Below, in pieces: positions 23,515 through 36,597 of a stretch of DNA of 64,000 nucleotides. Made by a program: the position numbers and the translations under genes. Position 1 is the stretch's first letter; each line of letters begins with the position of its first letter. Origin of the DNA: Lingula anatina. Taxonomy: Eukaryota > Animalia > Brachiopoda. Below the pieces are notes generated by a model. That model was not told the origin of the DNA. It saw nothing but the letters and a program-made list of their open reading frames with translations, and ran no database searches. The DNA lies in contig CM120640.1 in the NCBI GenBank assembly GCA_051362555.1, positions 48,896,788 to 48,960,787 of the forward strand. The letters run 5' to 3'.

Positions 23515-26500
23515 GTTTTAAAAGTCAACCACCTGGTTTGATGTTACGATATGCTTTTTAGAGTTCCCAACTTTTACCTTACTTACAGAATGCCGCCACT
23601 ATTCTTACCCATAACGGCTCAGGATGTCGTCAGCTGAATTCCACGCAAGGCATGGGAGCGGGGCGGATGTCCTCAGTTCTGCTGAAAAAGTCCGAGAACA
23701 AATCCACAACCACGGTCCTCCTTTAAGTCCTGCCAACGCGATAGTCTACCACAGGTAACAAACGACTTGCGTGACCTACATAGCCTCTCTACCTGTAATC
23801 AAAAATAGAGGCTGGATTATGTTTATTCATGACGTATATCAAGTGACGCTAAATCAATGGGGTCAACACAATGCCCCCTGGTGTTGACTCTACGGAGGAG
23901 AGGCATAGATATTCCCGCATTAAAAGACAGAGAAAGAAAAACAGTAACATGCAGCGTTAAAATAACATTTACACATTTGAATTTATTTTCAAGCACAAAC
24001 GACGTCGGCCGTTATTTTTGTTTCTGTCCTGAAATCACATAACACTGTATTCTAAGTCTCGTTAAGCGGATTACGTGCAGTATTGTTCGGTCGAAACACG
24101 TCTAACGGGCTCTTTTGTGATTGAAAGGACTTTAAATAACTATTCCTCTAAGTGCGAAAAAAGACTTTGTGAATTTTACTATAATGAACAAAGTTTCACA
24201 AGTTAACTTTCATTATTGAACAGGACGCAAACACAGACAAATATCTCAAATGTTTCTTCAGCTGTGACGCATTTTTTAAGTCAATAGCTAGTTAAAATTC
24301 TTCAACTGGGATAATAGAGTTCTAGGCCCTTTTAGGCATTATCCGAACAAAGTTGATTAAAGTTTCAGGGTCAGGACTGAAAAAAGGAAAGTATATCGTA
24401 AAGGTGATGCCATTTCCCGGCCGGTTATGTTACCCTGGATTGAGCCTATTAGCCGACTTGACATGGCATGTTTGTAACTACGATCTAGCGTAAGACATCT
24501 TATGTTGGATCTAACAGGTTGCAATAAGATTTCATACGCAAAGCACGCTCAGCGCCGGTAGCATTTGTACGTCACGTTGTTTGATAGAAGTCATTTTAAT
24601 AAGTTGTAATAGTTAACCTTTAGCTTTGAAGACAACTGCGAACACGTATATGTTCCGCGCTGACGGTGCACAGACTACCTTTAACCTTCGGAGACGTCCT
24701 TTTATTTGCATGCACTGCATATCTGTCGTGCCGACAAAACAGCAAAACATGCCCTCTACAAGTCCTGGCAACATTACAAATGGAAGATGGATGGGTCTAT
24801 CTTCCGCCATGACTTTCTGATTATATCCTCTTTTTACCGCAGACGATCAGACACACTACTAGATGTACATAGCGTTTAACTTTATATGAGATTAAGATTT
24901 TATGAATAAAATCACATACCCCAAATGATTATATTAATTGAAGATGCCTTACAATGGTAGAATAATATAAGTGTGGTTGAAAATAAGCAAGAAAGAGATT
25001 GAGATAAGCTACCCGTCCAGTGCTTGAGCCGCACCGCCTCAGGGGAAAACTAGCAGACAAAAGCTTGGTAGTTAAAATTTGAGCAGGCGTTAACAACGGC
25101 GCTGTCAGGTAGTCTAGTTTGGTGGCTAGGTGTTTCAGGTATTAAAAATGAACTTGCTGTGTATGCTTCAGAAATATGTTATTTATATATATACATTTAT
25201 AGCTATGTCTTTCAAGCGCAGTGAAAGATATTCCCTGTCACTTAACGAGCGGAGACAGAAATATACTACTTTAAGCCGCCCATCCATGCTAACTTGCACT
25301 CAAAACCTCAATAATCTACATTCCTAGTATAAGGACTGACTGACACGTGTGCATTCATTAAATACACCTATGTTTCGACACAAGACAACTGATGGACCTG
25401 ACACTGACAGGTCATAATTAGTACATATCAATCCAATACTTACTTGAACCTTTGCGATGATCTGCCCTTTTGAGCGTTAAGGAGGAGATGGGATCACAAC
25501 ATCCCAGTGTTCTGACTCCTGTGGAACGCAGCTGCTGTTTTAACATGATGCAACATAACAAAGTGTGCACTGTTTCTGACTCTATTACAGAGCTATTAAT
25601 AACAAACAGATGACAGAAAACTAGTTTTCCATTTTGAAAGAAAAGCTGATGTACATCTGACCATGCTCATTCCGTTTGGCTTCTAAATAAATAGAGTTTT
25701 GCAATAATTTCATTAAGACATTTATTTAGGTGTAGCTATTGATTAACATCTGACGCGATTATTTTGATATTTATATTGACACAGATGATTTAAAAACGAA
25801 AGATTGCTATTTGGTTGATGTCGGGTTAAAAAACTCCACATGCTACTATAGATCATCTTTTTAATTTCTTTAAATCTTGACTGGATAGTAATGTAATTCG
25901 TACTAGTTGCGATCAAATGTACATTCTGAAGACCATCAGTAATAGCTTTAGTGTAAAGTAATAGATTAGCAGATTAGCCATTCGAAAAAATAACACCAGA
26001 GGAGGATGCCTAAGGGTCCGATGTAGTGTTAAGAAAATAAGATTTAGCGATACCAAAGTGATCCATTTATTTAAGCCTGCAGTGACTGTCAAACACATCA
26101 CCATTGTTGTGGTATGTCTTTCAATACAACGGAAAGATGATTACGCAAGTCATCAGCGATCCTTCGTCTGGAACGGGTCAACGAAGGTTCGAAGGTTACA
26201 ACAACGTCTCGGCTGACGTCTTCTGTTACGGCTACGTCAAGCCAACACCGCAATCCTTTGTGAAGTTTTTTGTGTGGTTTTGAATGGCTCAGTCAACAAA
26301 AGCAACAAACAGAAGAAATGGAATTTCCATAACAGTCAGAAATTCAAACTGAGGTTTGAAACGCTTTCCAACTATGCTGAAAATCAGGATTTCAAGCACG
26401 TTGCGGAAAATGAAAATGAATACTGTAGGCCTACTGACTTATTTTTTTTCTTCTCAAGCAAAAAAGAATTCAACACATCCTCTCTAAAGGACATTGAAAT

Positions 26501-28285
26501 CGTTTTATCTCTTTATCGACATATTATATTTAAAGTAAAAAAGTAGGTACATGTAACATTGCAATATGTAACCACCTGATCACCCATACTAAAATCCATG
26601 AATTTCGTTATTCTAACAAAGAAAGCAAAAAATTAAATCATCTGCATCAGCTGAACACATCGAAGAAAATGAAATATCTACATTACAGCAACTGCATAAA
26701 AATTATCCGAACCTTAAGTACTAGAACAGACTTTATACCTTTATGATGAATGATTGAGAAAGTACAAACTATGCTTGTTAAATGGCCTTTCAGCATGTAC
26801 GCTATCGTGTCCACGATTTTCTTTACTTTTTCAGATACTGTCTCATAATAGTCAATTTGAGCACTTAACTATTTATCAAACACGTCCACCATTTGCAGTG
26901 TCATCGTAGACAGAGGTGAGGCCGGTGCAGTTTTAATGTTGTTCGAATTCATGTCTGGTGTCTGGTCCACAGGCTACCAGGTACCTGTTCTACTTGGTAT
27001 TAATATGACTATGTCGAACCTGAAGGTAGGCGGTTGGATACCGTGTTTTTTATTAGTCAGGTTGCCAATCAAGGGCCATGTTTACATTAATCAAGTGCTA
27101 CAACATTTGTCTCAAGATTATATGAGTTCTCTTTAAACCGTACTAAAAGCAGTATTTTTGCTAGTACTAGCATTGAAGAACCAGATCAAATTGTTTATGA
27201 CTACTTTTTATATTTTATTTTCCTCTTCTTTTTTATTTTCCTTACTTGCTTCTCCTTTTTTTGTTTGCTTTTGTGTGTGTGTGTGTATGTGCGTGTGTGC
27301 GAGCGCGCGCGTGTGTGTATAAAATTGCATTTTTTGTTCATTATGGAGAGCATATAGTGCTAAGAGTGATATGCCTCCTTTAAAACTTGTTTAAAAAAAC
27401 TGGATAATTTGCCTAAGCGGGAGGACTAGATAGCAATGTAAAAGTACATGTACATCGCTCCGACTGCTTGGAGGGTTTCATAGCCTGGGGGTTGAGGAGG
27501 TTTTTTCAAGAGGCTGACGCCACCAATCTTTTATTTCGTACATGAGAGTTTTTGATAACATCCCCAATAATCTACTCGACTTGTAACGTTAGCTGAGCTC
27601 TTCAGAGCCTAGGCAAGTCCGATTGTGAACCACCACTTTTCGGTTACTTACACACGCACATTCAACCGAATTGCGATAGTTGCGATCCAACACAATTATC
27701 AAAATTAGGAGCTCTTTCTCTCGGCTATAATGTAATCGCGTTCTTTACCTTGATTTCCGTTGATATCAGCACACCTGAACACAAGGGATTGCCATATAAT
27801 GGCAGGAGATGCGAAGAAGTATGCAATATTGATGCATGACATTTTCAGACGGAATTTCTTTGATATGCACTATATTATTGATTGCCAATAGCAAGATAAT
27901 ATATGATGTTGCCAGCAATCTATCTAGAATACTGGGTCATGTTCATTACCTAAAAATAATATCAAACTTTAAAAAGTGTAAAAAATGAATCCTAATGGTC
28001 TCAAATGTGTTTCAGCCTATCACCTCACAATATCTAAAAAGCTTCCACCTGAAGCTATTGTAAAGAGTAAATAGCACGAACACAATGTCAAAATGTCAGT
28101 CCATACCCTCCCTATTTGTCGTGTCGGATTAACAGTAAATACTGGTTGGTTCTTACGAATATGTCCTGTTAATGTGTACCCGTACTGTCAGGTTATCACC
28201 AGAAAGGTGTTGCACCTGGGAGGTTAAGCAGTCCGATAAGAAGAACATTTTGCAGTTGCGAGTGCTGATAACTTAAATATCGTTT

Positions 28286-28286
<1 letters not shown>

Positions 28287-28366
<80 letters not shown>
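28287..28366. repeat. (AC)n-(AG)n microsatellite
   Basis: Directly visible. Confidence 0.95.
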
Positions 28367-28372
<6 letters not shown>

Positions 28373-29442
28373 CGTCAGTCTACAGCGAGTTCATTAACAA
28401 GGAAAGCAATGCTGACGCTGACATAATGTTTGTTCAACTACTCCTAGCCTTTTTGAGTTCTATTAAGACCCCTCAGCTGCGTTCAACGATCTCAATGATA
28501 AAAAGCCAGTGATTGTTCAATTTTCAAGCTGGTGTCCACGTAACCATAATAGTAGTTATTAGAAGCTGTTTCCATGAACTACGAGTTGTTATACTCTACG
28601 GGTTGTGCTACTGTCAATTTGAATGATCTAATAAAATATCTTTATAAATGATTTAATGTGGAGGCATGTATCGTGTTGCAGAACTCGCCGCTCGTACTTC
28701 ATATCGTGACTTTGATATAACAAACAGTTAAACAAATGCACTCGTTGGCAAGATCGATACCACTTTCGACCAACTATATACGTAGACCTAAGACAGCTGT
28801 TGCTTCCTTTGCTATCAGTTGATGTGATATTATCCAGCAAACAACAGCTGCATATATATGCCAATTGATTTTATATTGGCACTACTATTACGTGGGCGTT
28901 AACTCAATATTTTGTCTCTTGCCCCATAACAACATCTCTTTTACCTCTGACGATGTTGTACATAAAATCTCTCTCTTATGGGTGTTTGTAAGTGTGCGCT
29001 TTTTAATTCTTGTCTCTAGCATAAGCATTTATGAGCGTCAAATCATGGGACACGAATAACACGTGCAGATAAAGTAGGTGTAGGCTTATTACAAATTGAT
29101 GCATGTATAAAAGTAGGTCATCTCAGGTATTACAAACAATCATTGTCACGAGGAAATGTGTCACAGGTACCAAATCCTTTGATAAATTTACAAAACAACT
29201 ATTATACAAATAATGGACTGCGTTATGCTCTCTTGACAATGCATTTAAGACTGCACCTATTTTTTGTTAGCTACGACGAAAATCAATACGCAACAAAACA
29301 TGTTAAATGCGTACAAATCTAAGCTTAAATTGGATTGTACAATACAAGGAATGGGTTTCTAGGAGACAGATCCGTACTTACCCACTGCTCATGCGCCTTT
29401 CATTTGTACGTTGTCCTGTAACGCCCTGCCGCTACTCCAGCC

Positions 29443-30900
29443 ATGGCATCATACGACGGCTCTACAGACGAGTTAAAAAGGGAGAGATGCATTCAGGAGC
29501 TGGCCGCTTTAATCCAAAATGGCGAAATTGATTATCCTTTCAAGAAGTTTTACCTTCAAAAGGAGAATTTGATTCAGAGCTTCCATGAACTAAAGGCGTA
29601 TCGATTTTCTGGCCGTGAGTATGATTCAAACTTTGAATCGCCATTTAGATTGATCCATAATCCTTCACATGATGCTTCCGACCCAAATTTTATGGATGAC
29701 ACTGCTAGGAGGCCCAGGCAGTATCGTCTGCTACTAATGGACGACGATGAAGAATATATATACTTCAACTTTACAATAATGTCGGACTATTTCCAGGAAC
29801 ACGTGCGAGTTCGGGCCAAGCGTTCCGATATGCGTTGGTCGCCCATGGAAGCGTGGTTGACAAAAGGAGCAGAGGCAATAAGGGAGGCTTTGCAACGCGC
29901 GTCAAGAAGCTATAAAGCCCCCATGTTCAGGACGCAGTCAAAATGTTTGAGAGACTTGTTCAGCTCACGGGTGACAATGGCACACGAAGACTGCCGGGTA
30001 ACAACGGTGTCTGTGTATGATATTCGGGAAGCTATCTACAGGTTGTGGAGGGGAACTGCAAAAGAGGCAGCACAGTTCAGACCCACACTAATGGTGGAGC
30101 TTGTGAAGCGTTTCAAGTCAACACGTGTGCTTGATTTTTGTGCGGGTTGGGGTGACAGACTGATAGGGGCCATGGCAGCAGAGGTTGATTTTTACTGCGG
30201 AGTGGATCCTAATTCTGAATTAAGTAAAGGCTACGCGGAAATAATACAGACTTTTCAGCCGCTAGTGCCTGGTTTGAAATGTGCACCAGACGACATTAAA
30301 GACCTCCGCGGCAACAGGTTATCACGCTTTCATATGATATCACTTCCATTTGAAAAAGACTCCACTCGCATACCTCGCGCCAATTATGACCTCATATTTA
30401 CGAGCCCACCATTTTTTAATCTTGAAAAATACTGTGACGAACCGAGTCAGTCTATTAAAGCATACCCCGAGGTTGATGACTGGTACCACGGATTTTTATT
30501 GCCAGCAATGATAAAGGCATGGTCATTACTAAGGGAAGGGGGCTACTGTTGTATTCACTTGAACGACTGTCGATCTAGTGATCATTCCATGATTCAGTAC
30601 ACAGAGAGACTAATAAAAAACATTGAAAAAGAAAAACTCTACTTCCCAGGTGCTTTTTACCTAGGGGTTATTGGAACTATTCCGTCCTACAAGAAACGCA
30701 AGAAAAGTACAAGCTTTCCTCCTGTTCCCCAGGCGAACATTCAGAATATTGAACTCAAACCAAATGGCCAATGTTTTGACTTGTACCCAAAACATATTCC
30801 ACACGCTGACAAAATGAATCAGTTTTGTTTTAATGATACGTGCAGGAAATATATCTTCGCTGAGCCTATCTGGGTTTGGAGAAAAAAATCAATGAAATAG
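29443..30900 (+). CDS. Intronless SAM-dependent amino-methyltransferase (N4-cytosine/N6-adenine DNA methyltransferase-like), 485 aa
   Basis: Uninterrupted 1458-nt ORF with Kozak gccATGG; motif I VLDFCAGWGDRLIGA (~30127-30170), motif II YCGVDPN, catalytic motif IV YDLIFTSPPFFNLEKY (S at 30403), AWSLLREGG..CIHLND, terminal strand EPIWVWRKK; basic patch KKRKK at 30691. Confidence 0.88.
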   Translation: MASYDGSTDELKRERCIQELAALIQNGEIDYPFKKFYLQKENLIQSFHELKAYRFSGREYDSNFESPFRLIHNPSHDASDPNFMDDTARRPRQYRLLLMDDDEEYIYFNFTIMSDYFQEHVRVRAKRSDMRWSPMEAWLTKGAEAIREALQRASRSYKAPMFRTQSKCLRDLFSSRVTMAHEDCRVTTVSVYDIREAIYRLWRGTAKEAAQFRPTLMVELVKRFKSTRVLDFCAGWGDRLIGAMAAEVDFYCGVDPNSELSKGYAEIIQTFQPLVPGLKCAPDDIKDLRGNRLSRFHMISLPFEKDSTRIPRANYDLIFTSPPFFNLEKYCDEPSQSIKAYPEVDDWYHGFLLPAMIKAWSLLREGGYCCIHLNDCRSSDHSMIQYTERLIKNIEKEKLYFPGAFYLGVIGTIPSYKKRKKSTSFPPVPQANIQNIELKPNGQCFDLYPKHIPHADKMNQFCFNDTCRKYIFAEPIWVWRKKSMK

Positions 30901-31304
30901 TACTTTTATGTATGTTAACGGTATCTTTGGTTTTATAGTTGAAATGACTAAACAGTAGAATATCGGTGTGAAATACTCCGTTAGAACTTTGAATGGGTTT
31001 TCCTTCAAGCTTATAATCAGGTTTGTCATATCGGTTTGTTCTTCAAAACTGCCAATTTAAGGTCAATTTTGTTTTCTTTAGCACGGTACCCATTTAAGGT
31101 CGCAAACATGACTTAAAATGGAAAATCCCTCTCCATTTGCCATTTTAAGCCTCTTCCATTATCTCGATTTCCGTTTTTATAAACTGCCAAGCCAACTTTG
31201 AGCATTTTCAATATGTTAATCATTGACTGGCAATTAAACAAAGACCACCGTCACTCGCAACTTATAGTCCACACTATGCGAAGTGTCACTCGGTGACAAT
31301 TTAA

Positions 31305-31784
31305 GAGACCATTCCTAGACCCCATTCCCAGAGATTAGATCGATCCAACTAGATCGACCTAACTCCCTGGTGGTTCACACTAAATAGCTGTCAGCCGAGC
31401 GGGCACGAAAGTTAATTACCCACTTACAGTTTGTAGTAGGCGGGACGGACATTTAAGCCGGATTATCTGACAGTAATCTAGTGAGACTCCCCACGGGGAT
31501 AGATCGATCTAAAATCTATGGGAATGCGCCCATAGACCCTATCGTCTGTAGGGCCGTCGTATGGTGCCATGGCGGGAGTAGGGATTCTCGCTTAATTGCA
31601 ATTAACTTAAGGGCTGAGATATCTGTCACGCCTACTGAAACTGATAGGGGGTAATTAACTATTGTGTAGCAGCTATAGTAGGCGTCTCAGACATCTAAGC
31701 CACTTAAGCTGCAAGCAATTTAGCGAGAAACCCCGTGGAGATTGACCGATCCTGTTAGATTGATCTAAGTATTGGAACCCAGTC
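31305..31784. mobile_element. Nested MITEs: outer element 31305-31784 (TAA TSD) with inner inverted copy 31318-31531
   Basis: Outer taa|gagaccattcc...ggaacccagtc|taa; inner gaccccattcccagagattagatcg...cgatctaaaatctatgggaatgcgccc interrupts gagaccattccta^gaccctatcgt, which is uninterrupted at 32821. Confidence 0.8.
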
Positions 31785-32746
31785 TAAATTCTGCACGACA
31801 TTGAGAATATGACAATATTCCAAGTGCTCTGTAGCTCAGTTATTTTTTCTACTTGAGTGGATTTTAAGATAGATCGAGTAGCACGTGCGTGGATATTTGG
31901 CACGATAAGATGACGGCGTATATTAAGAAAGCAGTATCGTTATATCATTTAATTAAACATTTACGTTGAAAAGACACAATTGGACATTTCATCGTGGTGA
32001 ACATAACTTAAAATGGAAAATAGGGCGTCCATTCCCAGAGAAAGAAGTTTGCATAAAAACAAATTGTAGCCTTAAACACAAAACTATTTAATACTATAAT
32101 AATAATCATTATTATAAATTTAGAGTTAAAAGTTCAAATGTGTTCACCAGACTTTACAATGAAGTTATTTATTGATCAATTTCACCCCATTATGAGGCAT
32201 GGAAAACACGCAAGAGCCATTAAAGATCACTTGTAAAATTTCCTAAAAAGATAAGTCCTAAATTCATATGTTAAATTCCCAGGGAAAGATATGCTATGTA
32301 ATAAAATAAGAAGAACATTTCATTTGTTTGGTGTTGTTTCAATAAATTCTGGTCTTGCATGGAGTTAGAAATGAAACAAATGGGCACAGGAGACTTACAG
32401 GAAGGGTAGGGGACATAAGGGATCACGAATTTACATAAACATGGCGGAGCTAAGTTGTAAAAAGGGTATAAAAAAGTTTTAAAAAAATAAATGTCCTGCG
32501 AAAGTTATCGATGAATAGATGTGATGTGACTGTCACCAAGTGTGCGAGTGAGGACACGAGTTGAGACATTTTGAATGTGTTGTTCACATTTTTATCTTTT
32601 ATTGAGGACATCCATAGAGAAGAAAATGGAAGTCATCTGAGCGTTAAAACGAGGCTGTAGGTACTGCGTGACGAGGCTAAAAATCTGTTATTATCTGTTT
32701 GAAGTGGGGCTTATATTTAAGCAACATGGGTGAAACTGCACTGAAA

Positions 32747-32987
32747 ACAATTTAGCGAAAAAAACCCATGGAGATAGACCGATCCTGTTAGACCGATCTA
32801 GGGATGGGAACCCAGTCTTAGAGACCATTCCTAGACCCTATCGTACTAATTTTGGATCGAACCATCTCCAAGGGAATTCCCTCTGAATTGCAATTTACTT
32901 AAGCGGCTTAGATGTCCGTCAATTTAGCGAGAAATCCGTGGAGATGGACCGATCCTGTTAGATCGATCTAGGGATGGGAACCCAGTC
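32747..32987. mobile_element. Two adjacent MITE copies (3' fragment to 32817, TTA, then 32821-32987)
   Basis: Both end gatctagggatgggaacccagtc and share caatttagcga..aa.cc.tggagat.gaccgatcctgttaga. Confidence 0.78.
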
Positions 32988-33487
32988 CCATATTTTTAGC
33001 TGAGACTGTGTAATGGACAAAAATTATCTTCTACTATCATGGACCATCAGTTTGCTCTGAATCATCCAGGCCCGTAGATGCAATGTTTCATTTTTGTTAA
33101 GAACATTTCAGGGTACTTGAAATATTACAGGGAGTATGAGCCTACCAGTATATTTAGAAGTCATTTTCACGTACGTATTTTACGTGGTTAGACAGCGATC
33201 AAGCACGCCCCAAGGCGGCTAGAATTTGAACTTTTTGTTAATGGTTAGGGCAAATATATATAGACATTGCATGATGATCAACCGTACGCGTTGTTTTATT
33301 TTTTAGCAGTTAAGAATTGCCCAGTGTGATCTCTCTTGAGCTATTTAAGACTAGTTCGCGATAATAAAGAAGTTAAGCGTATCAAATGCCGCCGACAGGT
33401 CTAGAAAGACTAGCAACATACATGTACATGTAGCAGTGTGCCTCTACTCCTGTATATTAATCTGATTGTTATTGGTGCTCTTTGTGT

Positions 33488-33596
<109 letters not shown>

Positions 33597-34707
33597 TTTG
33601 CATTAAATTTAACATTTTCCTAGGGGATTTCGAGGGATAAGGTTTTTTCATTGATACCCGTCACAAGGGGCAAAAAAATGAACGTTACCAGGGAGTAATT
33701 CAAGTATGAAACATAAATACCTAAGTTATGCGCAAAAGATATGCTCATTTTAAAGTAAGAAAACACACTGTGTTCAAACGAAAATACTAGTATTATACTG
33801 ACAATTTCAATAGTATGAGAGCACTAGTTTCCTCAATAACTTTCCATTTTATCAACCAGGCAACCAGGCTATTATCTTTAATGCCATATTATTATTATCT
33901 AAATCATTGGAAATAACCACGAATCTAACAATCTGACATATATATAACCGGAACACTGTTCAGCGATTGCAAGAACAGGATATTGCAAGGATATTGCAAG
34001 AACAGGGAAACTCGGTCTTTATCCATAATTCATAACTGATCTCGACGCAGCTTCCCTTATGTCACCTAACATTACACGTGTTTTATTTTTTCCCACAAGA
34101 TAACCTTTCTTATGAGACTGCTAAAAAACAATCATTATCAAAAATAACAAAGAAAAAAGGTCGATTAGTACTGTTTGCTATGTACTTTTGATACTAATTG
34201 AGATCTTTAAATATGGAAAAATATCCTTTCTCAATGACGACAAATACATTTAGATGACGCATTGCTTCTGACCATTAAGAGTAGCTTTTGTTTGTCCCCT
34301 ACTTAACTGCAAATTAACACGGAAGCAACGTTTACATGGATAATCTCTAAATGATTCGTAATAATCACTTCCCTAAATCTCCTTCCCTAGTGAAACAGGA
34401 CAATTTTCTCATTTCCCTTCTGAGGCATTTGACTAAGATCCTGGTTTGTTCCATATTTACTGTTATCTGCAGTCAACACGTGGGACTGAGCATGTCCATT
34501 AATTCAATAATCGTGTCGGGAGCCAATCCTGCGTTTTGCATATGTTACTAACTCACGCACGCACTAACTCGCACACGCATAGCCCTATATATTTGGATGT
34601 CTCTTAGTATATATCTACTTGTATTCTAAACCAGTCAAGAGAAAACAACGTAAAAAGGAAAAAATTAATTTCAAGAAGAAACTTGGCTGTAACTGAGAGC
34701 AGTTACC

Positions 34708-36597
34708 ATGCGGAACATGTTGGTTTTAGTTGAATATATATTGTTGGGGCTACTTTATGGTGAAGTGCACGCCAAACCAGTGATTAAGTCATGCATTTAT
34801 GAAGGTAATGTCTACAACGTAAACGGACTGATTGTCGACAACCAGTGTTACTTGGTATATTGTAGTGATGGACACTTAAAGTCTATACTAAAGCCGTCGT
34901 GTATACCGAGAAATAACGGTCCAATCAGAAACAAAAGACAAGTTATTCATCGTTCTACGCCGCCGGTAAAAACTACGACGACCACAACATTATCTCCCGA
35001 CAGTCTGGGTTGCCGTGTTGGAAATCGGTGGTTCGCGTCCAACGAAATTGTGAAGGAGGGACCGTGCACCATCACCTACTGTTACCACGGTGCATTGTCT
35101 GTAGTTAGGAAGAACACGTGCACTACCTCACCGATGACGACAACAACTACATTACCCCCACACCCACCAGGGGCATGTTTTTATGGAGGAAAGTGGTACC
35201 CATCCGGAACTACCATTCACAAAGACAGGTGCAGTTCGATCATTTGCTCCACAGGACAAATTATAATTGGCGATACTTGGGAATGCATTCATGGTCGCAC
35301 ACCGAGCACAATCCCAACAGTAACGACTACTCCACCAACCTCCTTACCACCAACCAAGCCACCAGCTAAAGCAACCACTATACCACCAAAAACTGTACCA
35401 CCAACCCAGCCGCCAACAACCGCCCCGCCGACAACTCCACCAGGTTCGTGCTTTTTCAATAACAAATGGTATCCTTCAGGCGCCACTGTTGCCAAGGACT
35501 GGTGTAGCACAGCCGTTTGTAACCACGGTTCCATCACTTATTACGATACCTGGGAATGTATTCACGGAAGAACGACTCCACCAACCACCACTCCACCGAC
35601 CACTGTACCACGGACCACTATACCACCAACAACTGTACCAACAACCCAGCCACCAACAACCACCCCACCGACAACTCCACCAGGTTCGTGTTTTTTCAAT
35701 AACAAATGGTATCCTTCGGGCGCCACTGTTGCCAAGGACTGGTGTAGCACAGCCGTTTGTAACCACGGTTCCATCACTTATTACGATACCTGGGAATGTA
35801 TTCACGGAAGAACGACTACACCAACCACCACTCCACCGACCACTGTACCACGGACCACTATACCACCAACAACTGTACCACCAACTGAGCCGCCAACAAC
35901 CACCCCGCCGACAACTCCACCAGGTTCGTGTTTTTTCAATAACAAATGGTATCCTTCAGGCGCCACTGTTGCCAAGGACTGGTGTAGCACAGCCGTTTGT
36001 AACCACGGTTCCATCACTTATTACGATACCTGGGAATGTATTCACGGAAGAACGACTACACCAACCACCACTCCACCGACCACTGTACCACAGACCACTA
36101 TACCACCAACAACTGTACCACCAACTGAGCCGCCAACAACCACCCCGCCAACAACTCCACCAGGTTCGTGTTTTTTCAATAACAGATGGTATCCTTCAGG
36201 CGCCACTGTTGCCAAGGACTGGTGTAGCACAGCCGTTTGTAACCACGGTTCCATCACTTATTACGATACCTGGGAATGTATTCACGGAAGAACGACTCCA
36301 CCAACCACCACTCCACCGACCACTGTACCACAGACCTTTATACCACCAAGCAAGCTGCCAGCTAAAACCACATTACCACCGACTTCAGCGACAACTCGTG
36401 CCCCAGGCTCATGCTTCATTAATGGCAGGTGGTACCATGAGAACGCCGTTGTACGGAACAGCCACTGCAGCACAGCGATTTGCCAGCATGGTTCTGTCAT
36501 ATATTACGATTCCTTTGAATGCTTGTTTGGCCGCACTACCACTACACCGCCTTCTACAACCACGCCTCCTGTTAATCCACCCGATTTTGGACTTTGA
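34708..36597 (+). CDS. Secreted modular protein, 629 aa: signal peptide, eight 4-Cys modules (VWC N-subdomain/FN1-like spacing) separated by Pro/Thr mucin-like linkers
   Basis: Single-exon ORF with Kozak accATG, hydrophobic N-terminus ending VHA-KP, RNKR furin-type site, repeated C-x5-Y-x2-G-x6-C-x4-C-x2-G-x8-C; conserved paralog at 40258. Confidence 0.88.
   Translation: MRNMLVLVEYILLGLLYGEVHAKPVIKSCIYEGNVYNVNGLIVDNQCYLVYCSDGHLKSILKPSCIPRNNGPIRNKRQVIHRSTPPVKTTTTTTLSPDSLGCRVGNRWFASNEIVKEGPCTITYCYHGALSVVRKNTCTTSPMTTTTTLPPHPPGACFYGGKWYPSGTTIHKDRCSSIICSTGQIIIGDTWECIHGRTPSTIPTVTTTPPTSLPPTKPPAKATTIPPKTVPPTQPPTTAPPTTPPGSCFFNNKWYPSGATVAKDWCSTAVCNHGSITYYDTWECIHGRTTPPTTTPPTTVPRTTIPPTTVPTTQPPTTTPPTTPPGSCFFNNKWYPSGATVAKDWCSTAVCNHGSITYYDTWECIHGRTTTPTTTPPTTVPRTTIPPTTVPPTEPPTTTPPTTPPGSCFFNNKWYPSGATVAKDWCSTAVCNHGSITYYDTWECIHGRTTTPTTTPPTTVPQTTIPPTTVPPTEPPTTTPPTTPPGSCFFNNRWYPSGATVAKDWCSTAVCNHGSITYYDTWECIHGRTTPPTTTPPTTVPQTFIPPSKLPAKTTLPPTSATTRAPGSCFINGRWYHENAVVRNSHCSTAICQHGSVIYYDSFECLFGRTTTTPPSTTTPPVNPPDFGL
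35437..36335 (+). repeat. Coding tandem repeat, 240-bp (80-aa) unit, ~3.8 near-identical copies
   Basis: ccaccaggttcgtg recurs at 35437, 35677, 35917 and 36157; Cys module almost invariant at DNA level. Confidence 0.95.

Noticed and set aside
23600-29400. Short 60-90-aa ORFs between the neuroligin-like gene and the methyltransferase
   Set aside because: No recognisable motifs, mostly non-ATG starts, no consistent exon chain; treated as intergenic/regulatory DNA.
29443-30900. Bacterial contamination or a restriction-modification operon
   Set aside because: Flanks carry host microsatellites and host MITEs and lie among spliced genes; no endonuclease or other prokaryotic/viral ORF nearby. Read-level confirmation is still needed.
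35437-36335. Regularly spaced repeats resembling a CRISPR-like array
   Set aside because: Whole 240-bp units repeat in frame within a CDS; no unique spacers, no cas genes, eukaryotic context.
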